DNA from: Eledone cirrhosa
Lineage: Eukaryota
Assembly: GCA_964016885.1 (NCBI GenBank)
Contig: CAXHJY010001444.1
Location: 62,001 to 126,000, forward strand
Direction of reading: 5' to 3'
Length of the DNA stretch: 64,000 nucleotides
Below, one piece after another: positions 1-13,481 of this stretch (positions within the stretch are counted from its first letter, which is position 1; each line of letters starts with the position of its first letter). A program made the translations under genes and the position numbers. The notes below the pieces were generated by a model that did not search any database, was not told the origin of the DNA, and saw nothing but the letters and a program-made list of their open reading frames with translations.

Positions 1-46
1 CACACACACATATATAAGACAAGTTCAGCCACCCCTACCTCCCACC

Positions 47-466
47 AAATGCCCCCTCAACAACAAATACCGAGAACGTAACGTGAACTACCAGTGCAAC
101 TTGAGGACGGACACCTCCAACAAAGCTTATATAGGATTAACCGCGTGTGACCTCAAGACCCGGCTCTACCAACACCGACATACTTTCCGAAACTCGGTTC
201 GGCGACATGCCACTACACTTTCGGACCACATCTGGGACCTCCAAGATAACAATATAACTTACAATCTCACTTGGAGCTTACTGCCCAGAGCTAACTCTTA
301 CACAGGGGGACTCTGTCAGTGTAACTTATGCTCGGAGGAAACATTACAAATGCTGTTTTCGAAGGACCAACTCCTAAACAAGAAAGATGAACTGGTAACC
401 GCATGCAAACACAGATTGCGTAGGACTTACCTCGCCCTCAAACCCTATAACGACCCGGGTGGGTAG
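47..466 (+). pseudogene. PLE C-terminal GIY-YIG endonuclease fragment
   Basis: KCPLNN..VNYQC..AYIGLTACDLKTRLYQH..TTLSDHIWDL..CNLCSEE..LLNKKDELVTACKHR. Confidence 0.85.
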
Positions 467-1133
467 ACAAGGGCTGATACCCCCCCCCCCCCCCCACTCC
501 CCCCCACACACACACACTTGCCGAACAAGTTAGGGGAAACCCCAGCTTATATAGGTAAATGTATCTTTTCTTTTCCTCTTTGTCTCCTTCTTCCCCCCGC
601 CTCATCCTATCACTTCCTTCCACCCCCCCCCCCATTTTCTTCCTCGTCTGCTTTTCTCTTTCGCCTACCCCGATGCAGCCCATCGGGCCTTGTAGCATCA
701 GTTCCCCCACCCCTGTTATTTTACTAACTACTTATAACAGATGTGTTAAAAACCCCTTTAAGTTTGTATCACTTTTGTAATTTCTATAAGTTTTTTCTAT
801 TCTCAACTTATTAACCTGTAATTGTAAGATAGCATTGTGATTTATTTATAAATTTCTCACTATCTAATTTTATATATTGTTTTATTTTTTTAATTTCTTT
901 CTAGTATCTTTTATTGTCTCCTACTCTCTTTCGATTTTCCTATTCTATATACTTAGAATTTGATGTATACATATCACTTTCAACGCCTGACCGCTCTACT
1001 CACTCCCCTATTGTTCTACAGGCAAGTTCAGCCACCCCTACCTCCCACCAAATGCCATGATAGCCTTATTTGTGTTACAACAAATTTTAACCAATCCTCT
1101 TGACAACTACAATCTTCCCATATAAGGAAGTAT

Positions 1134-1213
1134 CTCCTTGAAAAGTTCGGCCATTTATTCACCAGGCTAAAAATTCTAATTTAATCCAGAAATAGCCGCC
1201 GAAACGGCTTGAG
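1134..1213 (+). ncRNA. Degenerate hammerhead-like motif (UUGAAAA core)
   Basis: ctcc TTGAAAA gttcggc...gccgcc GAAA cggc tt gag. Stem I register is imperfect. Confidence 0.35.
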
Positions 1214-1235
1214 CTCTGCCATCGGGGTCATACTT

Positions 1236-1239
<4 letters not shown>

Positions 1240-1317
<78 letters not shown>

Positions 1318-1697
1318 GTGTATTGAAGTATTCAAACCCAACTGACTTCTCTCTCTATAATAGAATAATCTAGAACAACAATGTCGTATTTCTGATATAG
1401 AAAGAATATTTTAGGTTTGAACTAGTTATCTGAATTGTAGGGTGGCATGGAAACTGGGAAGTAACAACAATAAAAAGATACATGTTCTTTTCTACGTTTT
1501 ATTTTCTAAATTATCTAGAATAATTCAGCAGACAAAACAACATAATGCTTCTATCTCGTGATCCTTCAAAACCTCAAATGTAGCCGAAAAACTAAATAAC
1601 TGAGCAATCGATACATTTTTTTCTAATGCCAAATCACTAAGCTGACAAGCAAACGTATGACATACACACGAGCACATACACGCACACGCGCGCACAT

Positions 1698-1730
<33 letters not shown>

Positions 1731-1788
1731 CATATACTCATACTCATATATATGTATATATGTATGCATATATACATATATATACATC

Positions 1789-1856
<68 letters not shown>

Positions 1857-1864
1857 TATACATC

Positions 1865-1906
<42 letters not shown>

Positions 1907-1924
1907 TATATGTGTATATATATG

Positions 1925-1962
<38 letters not shown>

Positions 1963-1978
1963 TATACATATATGTATA

Positions 1979-2018
<40 letters not shown>

Positions 2019-2084
2019 TATACATATATGTATATATATGTATATATATATATGTATATATATGTATATAAATATATATATATG

Positions 2085-2144
<60 letters not shown>

Positions 2145-2145
2145 A
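1240..2145. repeat. (TA)n and compound (TA)/(CA) microsatellites around a short unique spacer
   Basis: Pure TA run at 1240-1314 and compound run at about 1660-2145. Confidence 0.9.
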
Positions 2146-2464
2146 TTGTTTGCGAATATATGATATTTAGTTTATGTTGCATACATCTGGCTTGTATGTC
2201 ACCTTGTTAGTGGCACGTAGCCAAATATGTGTTCATTGAAACGGGCATAACATTTTCTTCGGAATATATAAACCACCATTAATGTAACTAAACAAAAGCA
2301 GAAAGAGAATAAAAGAGAGCGAGAGGGGGAGCTATACGTACACTTAAATACGGATACTTACACACTCATACACCTCCACATACAAACCAGCACGCATACC
2401 CACACGCTAAAACCTCCCGTATTGTATATATATATATATATATATTTGCACATATATATATATT

Positions 2465-2551
<87 letters not shown>

Positions 2552-3286
2552 ATATATATATGTGTGTGTGTGTGTATGTGTGTTTGCGTGTGCGTGTGTG
2601 TATTTACGTGAGTATGTATATTGATATATATATTGATAACCTTATGAGGTAAATACGACTGAAAGAGAATACAGACACATAACTAAATAAAGAGAGAGTG
2701 AGAAAGTAGGGCGGGTGATTGAGAATATATAATTTGATAGATTATGTGTAAGATAAAAGAATTATTCAGATCGATAACAAGACAGATAGTGATTGGGGGG
2801 GGGGGGAATTTGGCCAGGCAGATAGAAAGATAGATTGTGATTGATAAATTACATGACTGAGTAGATAACGAAATATATTAGATTGATTGATGAGAGAGAG
2901 AGAGAGGGGGAGGGTTGGAGAGAGAGAGAGACAGATAGAGATAGTGAGAGAGAGAGGGACAGACAGAGAGAGAGACAGAGAGAGACAGCGACGGAGAGAG
3001 GGGGGGTAGACAAAAGGGAGATAGAGGAAAAGTGAATGTGAGATTGTGGGCCTGAATGACAGTAGGTTCTGGCATGTAAACACGAGACACTAAATCACTA
3101 ATTATGATGGCAGCATCAAACATATGCCAAGATTGAGCAATATTTTGACACACATGTTTGTAAAGATATATATTATTTAATTTTAGATACATTCTATGTA
3201 TATATATATACACGCGCATGCGCATGCGCAAACACGCACACACATTTTGCAATTTTAAAATATTCTTAAGAACGAGTCTTTGCATT

Positions 3287-3562
<276 letters not shown>

Positions 3563-3566
3563 TATA

Positions 3567-3611
<45 letters not shown>

Positions 3612-3823
3612 AAACTTTTTTTCGCTCTACATGGCTGAATACATTAAATGTAATCTGAGTTTTTCGAATAATTATAATAACATTCGATTCGTTTGCAATT
3701 ATGCAAACAAACCTCAATTTTATAGCCATGTCAGTAGAATGAACCCTTTATTCTTGCTCTTGTTTTGGCATGTGAACAGAATATGAATGTTATTATTAAT
3801 ATTCGAAAAACTCAGATTACATT

Positions 3824-3868
<45 letters not shown>

Positions 3869-3896
3869 TACATGATACACATATATACATATATAT

Positions 3897-4026
3897 ATAT
3901 TTATTAAATAACAGATTAAAGTTTAAGCAAAGAATCGCTGCTTTCACCCTTAACGGGATCTTGATCCCGTTAAGGGTGAAAGCAGCGATTCTTTGCTTAA
4001 ACTTTAATCTGTTATTTAATAAATAT
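3897..4026. repeat. Perfect hairpin, 64-bp arms with a 2-nt loop
   Basis: ...cacccttaacgggatc-tt-gatcccgttaagggtg... Confidence 0.95.
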
Positions 4027-4108
4027 TTGCTCTACGGTTCTTATATATTTGATATATATTTTCCTTATCGAGCCCTCTTTGGATTTTAGTCTTCAATTTT
4101 ATTATTAT

Positions 4109-4151
<43 letters not shown>

Positions 4152-4268
4152 ATGTATATATAATGTATTTTGCAATACACTTTATGCTTAATTAAAAGCA
4201 TTTTGAAGACCGTAAGCTATTGTTTTTTAGAGTAGTGACAAATTCACTTACTTTGATCTCAGCAAACA

Positions 4269-4331
4269 GGGAGATAAGCCGACAAGGCCTTGTTTCGCTT
4301 TTGTTGAAGCTTATCAAGGCTAACTACTCCC
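4269..4331 (-). ncRNA. Type I hammerhead ribozyme, U3-A8 core variant
   Basis: gggagtagttagcc TTGATAA gctt caacaa aagc GAAA caaggccttg TC ggcttatctccc. Confidence 0.8.
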
Positions 4332-4586
4332 ACCTGTCTACCGAGATCACTGATGTTATATTCTTATAAAATTCTAGTAAATAATCAGGAGCTGATTATG
4401 CAGAGCGGTTGTTGGTCAGGCAGAAATTAAAAATTAGAATTGGAGCTCTGAAATAGCAATATATATATGGATGTATATATAATGTATTTTGCAATACACT
4501 TTATGCTTAATTAAAAGCATTTTGAAGACCGTAAGCTATTGTTTTTAGAGTAGTGACAAATTCACTTACTTTGATCTCAGCAAACA

Positions 4587-4647
4587 GGGGAGATAAGCCG
4601 ACAAGGCATTGTTTCGCTTTTGTTGAAGCTTATCATGGCTAACTACT
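4587..4647 (-). ncRNA. Mutated copy of the same HHR
   Basis: Core reads ATGATAA and the stem III palindrome is broken (caatgccttg). Confidence 0.55.
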
Positions 4648-4649
4648 GG

Positions 4650-5700
4650 TAAATAATGATACAAATGGGACCTGCCCCTTATATAGGAGCAAATTTTGGA
4701 ATAGAATAGAAAGAACTAGGAATAAGGTTAATAGAATAAACTGATGGTACGATAGCAATAAATACCAGAGTGTAATGTTCATCAATACAACCCCTAGAGG
4801 TGAATTAGCTTACACATTTAGAAGGGCCCTAGATAAACATAAACTCAATATTAAGATAGTAGAAAGACCAGGTACCTCCATAAAAACGCTTATTAGCAAT
4901 ACATACCCTTTTCAAATACCTCCCTGTATAGATAAGAAATGTATAATCTGTAAACTAAGCCCCCATATTAACTGTAAAACTAGAAATGTATATATAGCAT
5001 AAGATGTACTGAAGTACAATGTAGAGATAAGAATATAGTGTACATAGGTGAGACAGCTCGTAGTATAGAAGAACGGATAAATGAACACTGGCGAGACCTT
5101 CAAGATAGTAAAGAATCATCTGTACTCCACCAACATGCTAAAATAGAACATAAGGGCAAATTAGAGAACATAGAAATAAAAATAGAATCTACACACAGAA
5201 AAGACGCAATGTTTAGACAAATTTACAGAAGCAATAAACATAAATGAACTCCAACCAAAATTAAACAGAAAACATGAGTGGAACAGCAACATCACAACTT
5301 ACAATTAAGGACAAAATGAAAACACACACATAGAACAAACAACCAACCAGTAACATGTAAATAAACAAATAAATAAACAAATATAAACACACACAGACAC
5401 CCGGATGTAACACATACGCAAACTAAGCACACAACACACACAAAAACAAGATGGCGTAGGACAGAACAAAGGAGAGGCACAAAAACAAAGAAAAGAATCC
5501 CCAGTCACTGAAGAGGTCACAGAATGTGTGACGAAAGAACTTTGACAATATATGAACAATCGTCTGGTTGTGGAACCAACCGACAAACCGGAAATTTATA
5601 AATTCTTAAATTTATAAATTTAATTTATAATAAATTGGAATTAGAGCAACTGGTGCGTGTGTTTCTTATTGGTAACATGACCCTCCCAAAGCATTAAAAA
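4650..5700 (+). mobile_element. Penelope-like element 3' fragment (CCHH-type GIY-YIG, disrupted) with pseudo-LTR
   Basis: ORFs 4775-5002 (IKIVERPG..C..C.IC..NCKTRNVY) and 5038-5247 (YIGETARS..RINEH..LHQHAKIEH), with an HHR downstream. Confidence 0.85.
5504..5546 (+). ncRNA. Minimal type I hammerhead ribozyme
   Basis: gtca CTGAAGA ggtcac agaatgt gtgac GAAA gaac TT tgac. Confidence 0.8.
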
Positions 5701-5728
5701 AATATATATATAAGTAAAACATATTTTA

Positions 5729-5784
<56 letters not shown>

Positions 5785-6679
5785 TGTTTGACAAGTGCAT
5801 GAAATGGATCTTTACAACATGTATAACAATTGATGTTAGCAAAGTCTGCTTTCTCCGTTTCGGATCATCAATACATTTGTTATAGGTGAAATTATGTTTT
5901 TGTTAAAACAATATTTTAGGTATGGAGGACTTATAGCATCCCTCCGCTTCTCCCCGAACTCAGCCTCATTTACTTTAGATAAACGTCGTTCATGAAACGC
6001 AATTCCACCACTGTATAGCTGTGTATGTGTGCATATGGTTGTGTGTATGTTTGTGTATGCATGTGTGTGTTCTTACATTAAAAATAAACAATTAGAGAAC
6101 GTGTTTTTTTTTCTCTCTCCAAAGTTCTGTACTAATTAACCAAATTTCTCTAAATGAATTAGTTTTATAACCTGTAACCTATCCAACATTTATTTATGTG
6201 AGTGGGTATACGGTATTCAAAGTTTTTGAAAGATTATATTATATAATAGGGAGAGAGAGACATGGTCTATGACCATCACTTTGAGCTGATGGAATCCGGT
6301 GTATAACATGAACTCCCTTAGTTTAAAGCAATGGCCAAAAACCTGTGACATCATACATATTACATTACACGCGGACACATACATATATACGCATGCACAT
6401 ATGTACACACACATATGTACATATACATATCCATATACATATACACACACGCATTCTCTCTCACACACACAGCCACACATGTCCACCACCAAATACATAC
6501 CAACATACACGTCCACAGGCGTGTCTGTGGACGTGTGTGGGTGTGTGTGAGAGAGAGAGTGTGTGTGTATATGTATATGGGTGTGTATATGTACATATGT
6601 GTGTGTACATATGTGTATGCGTATATATGTATGGTGTGCGCGCGTGTGTATATATTTATGTGTATATATGTGTGTTTAT

Positions 6680-7000
6680 ATGTGTGAGCGGTCTGTGAAA
6701 TACCAAACCCAGCATGAGTCCATTGAAGTGTGTCGGACGGAGAGTATCTGATGGCCAGTATGGCGGCAAATATTGACCAGAATTTATGATGACGTAGAAA
6801 ACAACAGCCAATAGCAAGACAAGAGAGGAAGATGTTTTTTTGAAGCTAACACCCCAGTGAGAAAATTTGTTCAGAAAGTATTGCATGTGTCCGAAGAACC
6901 TGCAGATCTAGAATCAGACAGATCCATACAATGCCGGCGAAACATTTGTAACACACAATAAACTGAGTCCAGATGCATCACTGATTTTTCGTTTTATATT
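6680..7000 (+). mobile_element. Pseudo-LTR-like repeat (third copy of the 11644-13160 family) with CCGAAGA HHR-like motif at 6886-6955
   Basis: High similarity to 12800-13160. Reads tgtgt CCGAAGA...ggc GAAA catttg TA acaca. Confidence 0.7.
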
Positions 7001-7002
7001 AC

Positions 7003-7038
<36 letters not shown>

Positions 7039-7364
7039 ATGCATACTTACTTTTACGTATCAGCTGTGCTAGAGCGAGAAATACATTTTTATTTTATATA
7101 CATACATACATACACATATATATATATATATATATTTATATATGTCCAGTGCTTCCGGAACACGGCAGATACTTGATTTTTTTCACACAACCATATCTGT
7201 CTACATTTATTTGTTCCGGCTCTAATATTAAAATACCCGACCTATTCAACTTTTATTTATAGTTCTCTGGATTGTGATGGTTTTCGAAAAGAGAAAAAAA
7301 ATACTACGTGAAGCCAATATACTTTCAAAATATCAGATACTCTAATGACTGGTAATTATACATA

Positions 7365-7460
<96 letters not shown>

Positions 7461-8089
7461 TACGATATGACATTAAAGGAAACCTATTTTCCTGTATAAA
7501 TCAGAACAGAACTCAATTAGTGTTGTTGTTTGTGAAAACATTCCCTAGCATAAATCAGTGTTGACATTTCATTCATATTATTACTAAAGAATAGGAAAAA
7601 TCATTTTTCATTTTCAATTAACATGATTCCATCACAATATATCATATGTAATTATTATCATAATCTCCATAAGTTCTGTTTGTTTTCATCCATTTAAATT
7701 GGTATTTTGTTATAAGTCTATGGTTGCAACGAGGACATGAGGCATGGGTCCTTAACCCGAAGTCCCCATATTTTGGACTTTGGCCTAAATATATAAACTT
7801 TAAATCTGGAAATTTCGCCCACATTCTTCTTTTTAAAAATTGATGTTACATCCCGCTTCCATATCCAGTCAATACCGCAAATTTTTCCTCGAGAATCACT
7901 TGCGCAATGACTACAATTCGAACGGCACTCCAATGCAGACATCACCAACAAGGCCACCATCGCCAACAACAACACGAGCAGCATTAGCAACAAGAGCAAC
8001 GAGAATCAAAATGAGCAGAATCAACAGCAACGGCAACGACAATAGTTAGTAGAGTAGAATCAGTAACATTTAGTAAAGAAGTAGCCATA

Positions 8090-9290
8090 AAAAAAATAGA
8101 AAGGCGAGCGAGATAGCAAGTAAATTAAAAGAAACGATTAGGAGTGGATTTTCAACCGACGTGCTAGCTGCGAGAATGGCACTAGATTATTTCCTCAATT
8201 CGAAGCACGGAGGTTGCATTGTCAGAGCTAAGGCGCGTGCGCTAAGAAACAAGGGAACGAAAGCTGTTCGATGGACCCGAGTGGCAGATACGTAGCGTGG
8301 CATCAAAATCACAATTCGGTCTTTAACGAACAGAGATGAGAGCATGCTTGTTGATTCCAGGCAGATGGGTATGACTTTTTGCCAGCACTTTGCACGACCG
8401 TTCGGTAAGAGTGGAGTGTCTGACTTCTGTTCCTAACTCGACGGGCTGTCGCGACTCTCGATGACTGATGTGGAGTACTGCGAAAAGCCAATAACAGCAG
8501 CCAAGATAAGAGAAGCCCAGGCCAGCCTCACGAAGTGCAAATCACGCGATTTGGATAGTCTGCCCTACGAGTTTTACGTAGCCATGTCAGACTTGTTCTC
8601 CGATCTCCTGGAAGCCGTCTACTTCAACAGAACGGGAAAATTCCCAATTCTGAGTCTTGACATAGTAACGATGATGAGGGAAGACAAGAACAAGGGGGAC
8701 GTTATGAATAATTTCTGACCCATAACTCCGGCTATCGGCCGACTCCATCGCGAAGATCGCTGACAGCTTTCTTTTGGCCGGGAAGGACAGGCAGATTTCC
8801 TATGTCTGGTGGCTGTGGCGAAAGAGGTTGTGTGGTGGACGCGACTGAAAGGACTGAATACAAACACTTTCCTCTTCAGCCAAGCGCTCGTCAACATTTT
8901 CAACCTCTACTTGGAAAGGTGGAGGTGGAGAAGGAAGTGCGGTCCACAATACATTTGTAAAATTGTGAATGAACGTAACGAGGATAGCCCGAGTGAATGG
9001 GCCTATTCTAAATATGCGCCTGTAGGCAGGGGAATTTCGAGAGGCGAAGGGCACTTTCCTACGGTGCTCTTAGAGATCATGGTAGTTTATGATCTGTGAA
9101 GTTTCTACTCTACCCCCGAGTGATGTTGCCTCCTAATGGGGAATTTTTATTGTCAATAATATATTGTTTATTGTTATTTGCTTTATTTGTTTACACGTTT
9201 TCAGTTTTGTTATAAATCCCCACCGTCCCTGTCTTTTGTATTGTCATACATGTTTCTGCGCTTGTGGCTAATAACGAAATAATAATAATT
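8090..9290 (+). mobile_element. Degenerate, internally deleted L1/Tx1-like LINE fragment
   Basis: GCIVRAKA, EKPITAAKIREA..LPYEFY..NNF*PIT, 3' KEVVWWTRLKGL, and a tail ending in (AAT)n. Confidence 0.65.
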
Positions 9291-9311
9291 ATTATTGTTA
9301 TTGTTATTAGG

Positions 9312-9495
9312 GTAGTGGTTTGGCTGTATCGGTAGAGCGTCAGACACAATGCTTTCCAGCATAGAGTTGTGGCTGCTTACGTTCTGAGTTCAAATCAGCC
9401 AAAGTTAACTTTGGCTTTCATCCTTATGGGGTCGATAAAATAAAGCACCAGTAATGCACTGGGGTTAATTGCTGGCCTTGTGCCAAAAGTAGAAA

Positions 9496-9527
<32 letters not shown>

Positions 9528-9600
9528 CTTCCGGGGTCGATAAAATAAAGTACCAGTAATGTACGGGTTAATTGCTAGTCTTGTGCTTAAAGTAGAAACA
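9312..9600 (+). mobile_element. SINE family A, full copy plus a second 3' partial copy
   Basis: A-box-like tggctgtatcggtag, B-box gagttcaaatc, Nin-like core, (ATT)n tail. Confidence 0.85.
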
Positions 9601-9639
9601 ATTATTATTATTATTGTTCTTTGAGTCTCAGTCATTGAT

Positions 9640-10200
9640 GTTATTTAACTGGAAAGTTTGTTGAAATGAATATCAAACCGCTACCTGCAGCCTCAGATAT
9701 TCAGGACGTATCGGAGGGTTCTTGTTGTTCCCAGCAAGCATGCCTTTTGAAGTGTTCCAAAAAGCGGGGCTGGACTAATTTTCTTTAACCATCCTTGGAA
9801 ACTCTTTAAGATAGTACCTAGTGCGCCTATGACAATCGGGACGAGTCTGACTTCATGGCAGTTCCAAATTCTTTTTACCTCCCACTTTAAATCCTGGTAT
9901 CGGTTAATTTTCTCCCTCTCCTTTTCTTGCACTCTCGTTTCAAATGGGTAGGCTACATTTACAATCAAGCATGATCGTTTTTCCTTGTCCCAAACCACCA
10001 GGTCAGGCCTATTGTGTTCCAGTTTCTTGTCCGTCTGTATCCTAAAATCCCACAGCACCTTCACCTGATCGTTTTCTATCACCAACTGTGGCTTATGCTC
10101 ATACCACTTCTCAGAATGTGGTAAATTGTTTACGTTGCATAGGTGCCAGTGGAACACCCTGCCCATCACATCATGTCTCCAGCCTTTATAGTGAGTCTGG
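9640..10200 (-). mobile_element. R4/Dong-like non-LTR 3' fragment (restriction-like endonuclease)
   Basis: RHD..HWHLC..WYEHKP..LWDFRIQTD..HNRPDLVVWDK..KINRYQDL..VPIVIGALG..LQKACLLGT. Confidence 0.85.
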
Positions 10201-10463
10201 ATTATTGTTATTATTATCATCATCATCATCATTATTTTATTAACCGTTGGTGACATATAGGTGATAATATCATGAATATTAAATGACTCACAGAATTAAT
10301 AATCTAATCCCCCATTGATTTATACCGTATCATTGTGTTGATAACCTTTGACGAGAGAAGCATTTGATAGCAGAAATATCGTGTTTCATCCTGAAATCAC
10401 ATCGATGTTGACTATGTACAAGTCATCACTAATAAAATGAACTACCAATCATATATATATATA

Positions 10464-10505
<42 letters not shown>

Positions 10506-11528
10506 ATATATATATATATATATATATATAAATCTGTGTGTTGATGGTATGGGGAGATTCAGTGTGAGAATGTGTCACAAGGCAAGACATTTTATTATAA
10601 TTGTACAGTCTATTCCAGTGGCTTCCAAACTGTTTCTGTTCCAAATAGTTTTGCGCGGTTTACTTAATAAGTGTTGTAGGTTCTCTTATTATTGATTTAA
10701 AGGAGAGTGAGGTATAAAAAGTTATACTGAAGAAATGGCAGCAGATAGTACGAAGAGAAGCTGAGATACAAGGGAGGTAAATTAGCATACACGATGTTTT
10801 GCACTTTATAGAAGCAAAATATTAGAATCCAAGAACTTGACGATCTTTCATGTTCTTGGGTGTCTTTTATCAATATCATTACGACCACGTCTTTTTACAA
10901 GTATGTCTAATGTTTCCTTAAGAGGAAAGAGTGTAATTTGGCTGAAATTTCTAACAGATTCATCAACTATGTGGAAGAAGTACCTTCAAAAGGGCATTAA
11001 ACCGAATGAGTTTTGTTTATTTCTCAAATACAGCATGATCATAAACGTGGGAAAGATGGATGAAAAATGTTCTCAATGTGGTGAATTCGGGTGCTTCAAG
11101 GAAAGATTCCTTAGGAGTTGCCAGAGATATCTACTTTTCAATTTATGTTGTGTTAACAGACAGGTCCTACTACCACCCATTCCCCATTGACTTCTTGGGC
11201 TTAAATGATTGTCAACTGTTGATGAGTGCCTCAAATGTACATCAAATACGAGAATTTCGAACTCATGCTTTAATTTTCACATCCTCAGACATAACGGGCG
11301 CTAAATAAACAAATCACAAACTATTAGGAATGTATACCCATACAATAGATTGTTGAGTCTTCCATCAATTACCATCGTATATAATTGCTTCCACAAATCA
11401 GGAATCACGTTTCTAGCAGTTTCTATTGTTATTTCGAGCTTCATATAAATGCTAGGAATATGTAATACAATGATATCCATGCGAAACGCTCTATTTTCAA
11501 GATACCGCGTTAGCACAAGTATATATAC

Positions 11529-11606
<78 letters not shown>

Positions 11607-11691
11607 AGTTGAGCACTCAATGTTCTTACAGAGCAGAGTGTGAATAATATAAAAAAACGAAAAATCAGTGATTCATCTAGACTCAGTTTAT

Positions 11692-11784
11692 TGCGTGTTA
11701 CAATTGTTTCGCCGGCAGATAGCTCGAGACATGTTCATTGTATGGATCTGTCTGATTCTACAACTGCAGGTTCTTCGGACACAT
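11692..11784 (-). ncRNA. Hammerhead-like motif, CCGAAGA core
   Basis: tgtgt CCGAAGA acctgcag...ctgccggc GAAA caattg TA acacg. Confidence 0.55.
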
Positions 11785-13018
11785 ACAATGCTTTCGGAGC
11801 AAATTTTCTCACTGGGGTGTTAACTTCAAAAGACACCTTGCAAAAAACATCTTCCACTTTTGTCTTGCCATTGGCTGTTGTTTTTCTACGTCATCATAAA
11901 TTCTGGTCACTATTTGCTGCCACACTGGTCATCAGCTACTCTCCGTCCGACACACTTCAATGGAGTCATGCTGGGTTTGGTATCTCACATGTCCGCTCAC
12001 ACTCGTGAGTATATACCCACACATACACACACACTTATAAATACACATACACATACACATGCACACACACGCAGACACATACACACATACAAGGACACAT
12101 ATCAGCGTTCCCGTACATCTGCACATATACACAAACACGCACAGACATATACATAGGCACACACACATACACGCCTTTCCTTATTGATAGGCAACAAGGA
12201 CAGACACACTTCAAAAGACACAAACACACATACATGTATATATATCTACACATATGTATATGTACACGCACATAAACATACAAACAAACCCTGTCCTATG
12301 TGGGTGTGCCTACACACACATACACACACACACCCACAGACACCCACACTCACTGGCTCATATACATTCCAACAAATACGCGCCCAATTACCTCCGTGTC
12401 CACGTACATCCACTAAGAAGATACACGCACGCATGTATATATCTCTGTCCGTACCCCAATGTGATATACTCACAGTCATATAAATCTGCACGAAAGGTCA
12501 TACAGAGTCATCCATGGAAGGATGCATCCTGTTATACATGCACAAATATAAACCATGTAACCTTAAACATATGTCCATACACATACATGTAAGCATACAT
12601 ACACACATATAAAAATATATAAATAAATAAATAAATAAGTGAGTAAGCAAATAGTAAAATAGAAAAATGAAAAAATAAAAAAAATAAAAAAATAAAATGC
12701 GTGCGTACATATGTGTATGCATATATGTGTATGTGTCTGCGTGTGTGCGCATGTGTATGTGTATTTATAAGTGTGTGTGTATGTGTGGGTATATACTCGT
12801 GAGTGTCAGCGGACATGTGAGATACCAAACCCAGCATGACTCCATTGAAGTGTGTCGGACGGAGAGTAGCTGATGACCAGTGTGGCAGCAAATAGTGACC
12901 AGAATTTATGATGACGTAGAAAAACAACAGCCAATGGCAAGACAAAAGTGGAAGATGTTTTTTGCAAGGTGTTTTTTGAAGCTAACAATCCAGTGAGAAA
13001 ATTTGCTCCGAAAGCATT

Positions 13019-13113
13019 GCATGTGTCCGAAGAACCTGCAGTTGTAGAATCAGACAGATCCATACAATGATCATGACTCGAGCTATCTGCCGGCGAAACA
13101 ATTGTAACACGCA
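13019..13113 (+). ncRNA. Hammerhead-like motif, CCGAAGA core
   Basis: Mirror copy of 11692-11784, with palindromic stem III acaattgt. Confidence 0.55.
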
Positions 13114-13254
13114 ATAAACTGAGTTTAGATGAATCACTGATTTTTCGTTTTTTTATATTATATATATATATATGTATATATATACATATATATATATATA
13201 TAAATAAGAAGTGTATGTCAACAAGAGTAAAATTAGCTTCGTTTATTCATATTC

Positions 13255-13315
13255 ACTGCTATATATATATTTCAGTGATAGCCATTATTCAACAGCTATG
13301 ACCTCATCAGGCAGT
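13255..13315 (-). ncRNA. Type I hammerhead ribozyme with (UA)n stem III
   Basis: actgc CTGATGA ggtcatagc..gctatcact GAAA tatatatata TA gcagt. Confidence 0.8.
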
Positions 13316-13413
13316 AAGAATTTAAACAGAAATAAACAGGAAAACATGATGTTGTAATGGATTATACCTTGTTAATTCATTGATATTTCCAGTTCCTCGG
13401 TGTGTTGTTAGTG

Positions 13414-13459
<46 letters not shown>

Positions 13460-13481
13460 TAAATGATAATAAAAAAGGGCA

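Larger units (their letters stand above)
20..1240 (+). mobile_element. Penelope-like element, 5'-truncated 3' fragment (GIY-YIG end plus pseudo-LTR), probably Naiad-type
   Basis: GIY-YIG ORF fragment. A 34-bp direct repeat lies at 20-53 and 1023-1056. The element ends in an HHR-like tail followed by (TA)n. Confidence 0.8.
4148..4647 (-). mobile_element. Tandem HHR-bearing repeat (pseudo-LTR/retrozyme-like, period about 319 bp)
   Basis: About 4148-4328 is repeated at about 4468-4647, and each copy carries an HHR motif. Confidence 0.8.
11644..13160. mobile_element. Inverted pair of about 440-bp pseudo-LTR-like repeats around a CA-rich spacer
   Basis: Arms at about 11644-12088 and 12722-13160 are near-identical reverse complements, flanked by TA-rich sequence. 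Confidence 0.85.

Noticed and set aside
7720-7790. Possible HDV-like ribozyme (tcctcgt on the minus strand)
   Set aside because: No convincing P1, P3 or J4/2 could be built.
10560-11520. Possible host exons or a decayed PLE RT (LFPLKETLDIL on the minus strand)
   Set aside because: Only one short motif with many stops, too weak to annotate.
11640-13114. ORFs 11640-12008 and 12806-13114 as a duplicated gene
   Set aside because: They are antisense readings of the inverted repeat arms, with no recognisable domain.
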